Virus record (IMG/VR): IMGVR_UViG_3300044305_001204
Coordinates: 1 to 39,162 of that record
Source of the DNA: a virus
Taxonomy: Duplodnaviria > Caudoviricetes
DNA length: 39,162 nt
Reading direction: 5' to 3' (one strand)
The notes under the pieces are model-generated. The model made no database searches and was not told the origin of the DNA. It saw only the letters and a list, made by a program, of their open reading frames with translations. Shown here piece after piece: positions 36,420 to 39,162 of the stretch (its first letter is position 1; each line of letters opens with the position of its first letter). The translations under genes were made by a program, and so were the position numbers.

Positions 36420-37258
36420 TATCTAATTCCTCTTAACATGGGACTAACATATGCGTTTTCCCCACCTCCTGTTATAGTGCCTACTGCATTATAAGGCAAG
36501 GTTACAGTAAAGCCAGTGTTAACTGTTTTTGTTGCTGGCATTGCTCCAGTGTTTTCTGTTCTTGTTGTTATAGTTTGAATTTTTAAACTTGGAAAAACAT
36601 TTACACCTGAAGTATGTGCTGTAGCTGTAGTACTAGCTCCTGTTACACCTCTAAAAAGAGCATTAGTTCCTCTTGTTAAACCAGTTAAATTTTGTCCTCC
36701 AGATTTAGCTGAATATTCAATAACTTCTCTTTGAACAACAGGAACATAATCTGCAGCTCCTGCTGCAGGTGTAGTTGAACTTTGTATAAAAAAGAAACCT
36801 GTATTTGCACAAAGATTATTGCCATCAAAAGTTACAGTTGTAGCTGTAGCAGATAAGTTAGATGCTAAAATATGAAATAAAGGAAATATATTTGTGCTTA
36901 AATTAAAAGATTCTATAGTATTATTACTAGCTCCATTAAAAAATAAAACTTCATCTCCAACTTTTAAATTATGATTTAAAAAACTAACTGTTAATGTTGG
37001 ACTACCATTTGTAATTGAAAAAGGATCTTTTGGTAAAGCCATTGCAACAGGTGGTTCTTTTCTTGCTGGTCTAACATTTCTTAATGCAATACCATCACCT
37101 GTAATTGGTTTTGGTTCTAACTGTGGTTGTTTAGGTTCAAATTCTGAAGTATGTACTAATGCACCATTCCATTCTCTAACCATTTCTTTGTAAGGAAATT
37201 GCATTCCAGATCTGTCTGATATTGCAATTGCTCTTTTTCCTGATGCGTACTTTGACAT
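36419..37258 (-). CDS. Virion protein, 279 aa
   Basis: AISDRSG..EWNG..EPKQPQL N-terminus followed by a beta-rich domain (LTGLTRG). Confidence 0.75.
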   Translation of the reverse strand: MSKYASGKRAIAISDRSGMQFPYKEMVREWNGALVHTSEFEPKQPQLEPKPITGDGIALRNVRPARKEPPVAMALPKDPFSITNGSPTLTVSFLNHNLKVGDEVLFFNGASNNTIESFNLSTNIFPLFHILASNLSATATTVTFDGNNLCANTGFFFIQSSTTPAAGAADYVPVVQREVIEYSAKSGGQNLTGLTRGTNALFRGVTGASTTATAHTSGVNVFPSLKIQTITTRTENTGAMPATKTVNTGFTVTLPYNAVGTITGGGENAYVSPMLRGIR

Positions 37259-38034
37259 TATGTTCCTGGATAATAAGTTTTAGGAGTTATGTATGTGCTT
37301 GAAGCCGAACCATCTTCTGCAAGTGCTCTAGCTAATTCATCTTCATATAATAACTTCATTTGTTGAGTTAATTGTGGTGCATGTTTTTGAGATAAGTAAT
37401 AAGTTAATCCTGAAACCATACAAGGTACAAATCTAAATGGTACATCTGTTGCATTTGTATAGTCACCTACATCATCTATTCTTTTAATATAATATACATG
37501 AACCATTTTAGATGCATTAGATGAATCTGGTGTAGGATAAACATGCATTACAGTTCTATCTATAAATCTTTCTACCCAATATTGATTAGGAGTTCCTTTA
37601 GAAGCTTTGTTAGAAAAACCTGCATAAACAGATCTATCTACTTTTGTCATTGGAGTATCTGATTGATCAGTCGTATTAATACTTGATCTTAATTGAGCTT
37701 CCAACATATCACTAACGCTAAAAACATTTTCTGCAGCGTTAGCATTAGTTTTTGTAGTTGCTTGATCACCAGCAGCTGTAGCTTCTGCTGAAGATCTATA
37801 TAATTTATACGTAGATTGTCCTTCTACTAAATCAATATTAGTATCTTTTATTTCCCAATAATGGATTCCTCTATTTCCCCATTCTTGAAATAAAATATTT
37901 AATGATCTTCTTGAAGATTTTAATTGATAACCAGTTACGTTTTGAATACCTAAACGTTCAAAAGCTTCTTCTACTATTTCATCAATAGTAAAATTTTGTC
38001 CGAATGTAGTAGTTCCGGAAGTAGTGTTAGCCAC
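37258..38034 (-). CDS. Head-tail adaptor / tail tubular protein A-like, 258 aa
   Basis: GTG start with GGAGG RBS; IVEEAFER, EWGNRG, GTPNQYW, YPTPD, DVPFRF. Confidence 0.7.
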   Translation of the reverse strand: MANTTSGTTTFGQNFTIDEIVEEAFERLGIQNVTGYQLKSSRRSLNILFQEWGNRGIHYWEIKDTNIDLVEGQSTYKLYRSSAEATAAGDQATTKTNANAAENVFSVSDMLEAQLRSSINTTDQSDTPMTKVDRSVYAGFSNKASKGTPNQYWVERFIDRTVMHVYPTPDSSNASKMVHVYYIKRIDDVGDYTNATDVPFRFVPCMVSGLTYYLSQKHAPQLTQQMKLLYEDELARALAEDGSASSTYITPKTYYPGT

Positions 38035-38045
38035 AGTTTACCTCC

Positions 38046-38342
38046 TTAACCAGTGTAACCGATAGATACCGATGTAGTATTTGTTAAATCTAAATATACT
38101 CCAGTTTTACAACGAATACCTTCGCCAGGAACATAAATGTCTAAACCTTCTGTACCAAAGTTTCCTTCGAATACTAAAGTTCCAGTTGCATCTGTTCCGT
38201 CGTAAAGTTTAATATTGCTGTTAGCAACACCTTCACCTTGAATATAAGTTATTCTAGCTGGTCCAATAAAATTACTAGACGCATCAGTAGTTCTACCAAA
38301 TCTACCGTCACTTGTACGATTAGAAAATTGTTGATCTGACAT
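38046..38342 (-). CDS. Small virion protein, 98 aa
   Basis: AGGAG RBS; YVPGEGI motif. Confidence 0.75.
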   Translation of the reverse strand: MSDQQFSNRTSDGRFGRTTDASSNFIGPARITYIQGEGVANSNIKLYDGTDATGTLVFEGNFGTEGLDIYVPGEGIRCKTGVYLDLTNTTSVSIGYTG

Positions 38343-38369
38343 AATCTTTGTTTACTCCTAATTTAATTT

Positions 38370-38391
38370 AGGAGCACCCGAAGGTGCTCCT
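38370..38391 (-). terminator. cUUCGg tetraloop hairpin (mRNA stabiliser or weak terminator)
   Basis: AGGAGCACC-TTCG-GGTGCTCCT, 9 bp stem, just after the 135 aa gene; no U-tract on the sense strand. Confidence 0.6.
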
Positions 38392-38403
38392 TTAATTTAA
38401 TTA

Positions 38404-38811
38404 TTACGCTTCTTTAGCCCAAACACCTTGTGCTTCAATTACAGTCCAATGTGCTGTAGAATTTAAAGATGCAATTTTAACAAAGTCTCCAACTTTTGAA
38501 GTTGCTTTTGTATTAATACAATCTTTGTTATCAGTTAAAGAGCCAGCATATAATATACCGTCATTTGCATTAGGACTTATAGTCAATGCATTTGTTCCAT
38601 CAGCAGCTGTGTTTACGAAAGTAAACGTTCTGCCAATTGAGATCGCAGGTAAAGTAAAAACAGTTCCATCAGTTTTTGATGTAAAAGTTTTTCCTGAATC
38701 ACCAGCTACTACGGAATAGTTAGCTTCTTTTGCTTCGATGTTAAATCCAGTTAGACCGGCTTCGTTTTTCTTACCGACTAATACTGGTCCTCTAAATAGA
38801 GTTGTTGCCAT
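38404..38811 (-). CDS. Putative capsid decoration/head fibre protein, 135 aa
   Basis: MATTLFRGPV start, DSGKTF..FTLPA..FTFV; AGGAGG RBS, own promoter and 3' hairpin suggest high copy number. Confidence 0.6.
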   Translation of the reverse strand: MATTLFRGPVLVGKKNEAGLTGFNIEAKEANYSVVAGDSGKTFTSKTDGTVFTLPAISIGRTFTFVNTAADGTNALTISPNANDGILYAGSLTDNKDCINTKATSKVGDFVKIASLNSTAHWTVIEAQGVWAKEA

Positions 38812-38893
38812 GATTAATCCTCCTAGTTAATTGCGAACGTAGTCTCTAGGCCGTCGACTATACTCGTCCACGTTCATTAATTAATTGTATAGT
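38812..38893 (-). promoter_or_regulatory. Structured 5' leader RNA overlapping the RBS
   Basis: Nested stems UUAAUU/AAUUAA, GAACGU/ACGUUC, AGUC/GACU; loop CCUAG is complementary to CUAGG of the RBS. Confidence 0.6.
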
Positions 38894-38899
38894 GCTAAA

Positions 38900-38928
38900 A
38901 CTATATACTACTTTTAAGTAGAGCGCAA
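38900..38928 (-). promoter_or_regulatory. Sigma70-type promoter
   Basis: TTGCGC-N17-TATAGT; spacer contains the inverted repeat CTACTT-N2-AAGTAG. Confidence 0.65.
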
Positions 38929-38975
38929 GAGAGCCTGTGATGTGGATTGGATTTTTCCAACGATGTAGCTTTTGA

Positions 38976-39158
38976 TTAAGTAGCTACAGAAACTTCGGGG
39001 GCAGCGTCGTCTATCTTATTCTGCAGATGAGCTTTTTTAGCTTCTGCCATTTTTATATGGCTAAGAACTTCTCTGACTTTTCTGTCAATTCTAACCATAT
39101 TGAGAGTATATCTACCCTCATTAAGATGCTCCTGCTCCCATTCTAGGTTCTCTCTCTT
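38976..39158 (-). CDS. Partial hypothetical protein (...LEWEQEHLNEGRYTLNMVRID...EVSVAT)
   Basis: Protein-like frame of about 60 codons; an in-frame TAG at 39159-39161 sits at the contig edge, so the start is uncertain. Confidence 0.55.
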   Translation of the reverse strand, partial: KRENLEWEQEHLNEGRYTLNMVRIDRKVREVLSHIKMAEAKKAHLQNKIDDAAPEVSVAT

Positions 39159-39162
39159 CTAT

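Noticed and set aside
39159-39161. In-frame TAG suggesting stop-codon reassignment
   Set aside because: It lies at the contig edge; all other genes are intact under code 11, and TAG, TGA and TAA all act as stops
1-39162. CRISPR array, tRNA, integrase/att site, invertase or classical auxiliary metabolic genes
   Set aside because: No regularly spaced repeats, cloverleaf or recombinase motifs seen by eye; cassette repeats are direct, not inverted

Overview
AT-rich fragment of a tailed dsDNA phage genome, most consistent with a marine podovirus-like phage. It resembles HTVC023P-type pelagiphages, but a SAR11 host is an inference only. Terminase, portal and major capsid genes are not in the window. 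Almost all genes are on the minus strand. From right to left they are: head/tail-junction genes (38.8-34.8 kb); a 10 kb tandemly triplicated three-gene receptor-binding cassette (Ig-adaptor + LamG/SPRY + GFQPD-repeat protein; 34.8-24.7 kb); tail/nozzle genes; four internal virion/ejection proteins; and an M15 peptidase endolysin flanked by small membrane proteins. A single plus-strand SNF2-type helicase diverges, from a palindromic bidirectional promoter, from a replication operon (SSB-like protein, AEP primase, UvrD helicase, DUF3310, Leu762 PolA). That operon is followed by a Cys/His-rich peptide and membrane proteins. Most notable: the triplicated cassette with conserved nucleotide junctions and a type-1 copper site in one adaptor, a double-glycine-motif virion protein that may be a polyprotein, and a structured leader able to sequester its own RBS. 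No tRNA, CRISPR array, integrase or reverse transcriptase was seen. All family assignments are from motif recognition by eye, not database searches.
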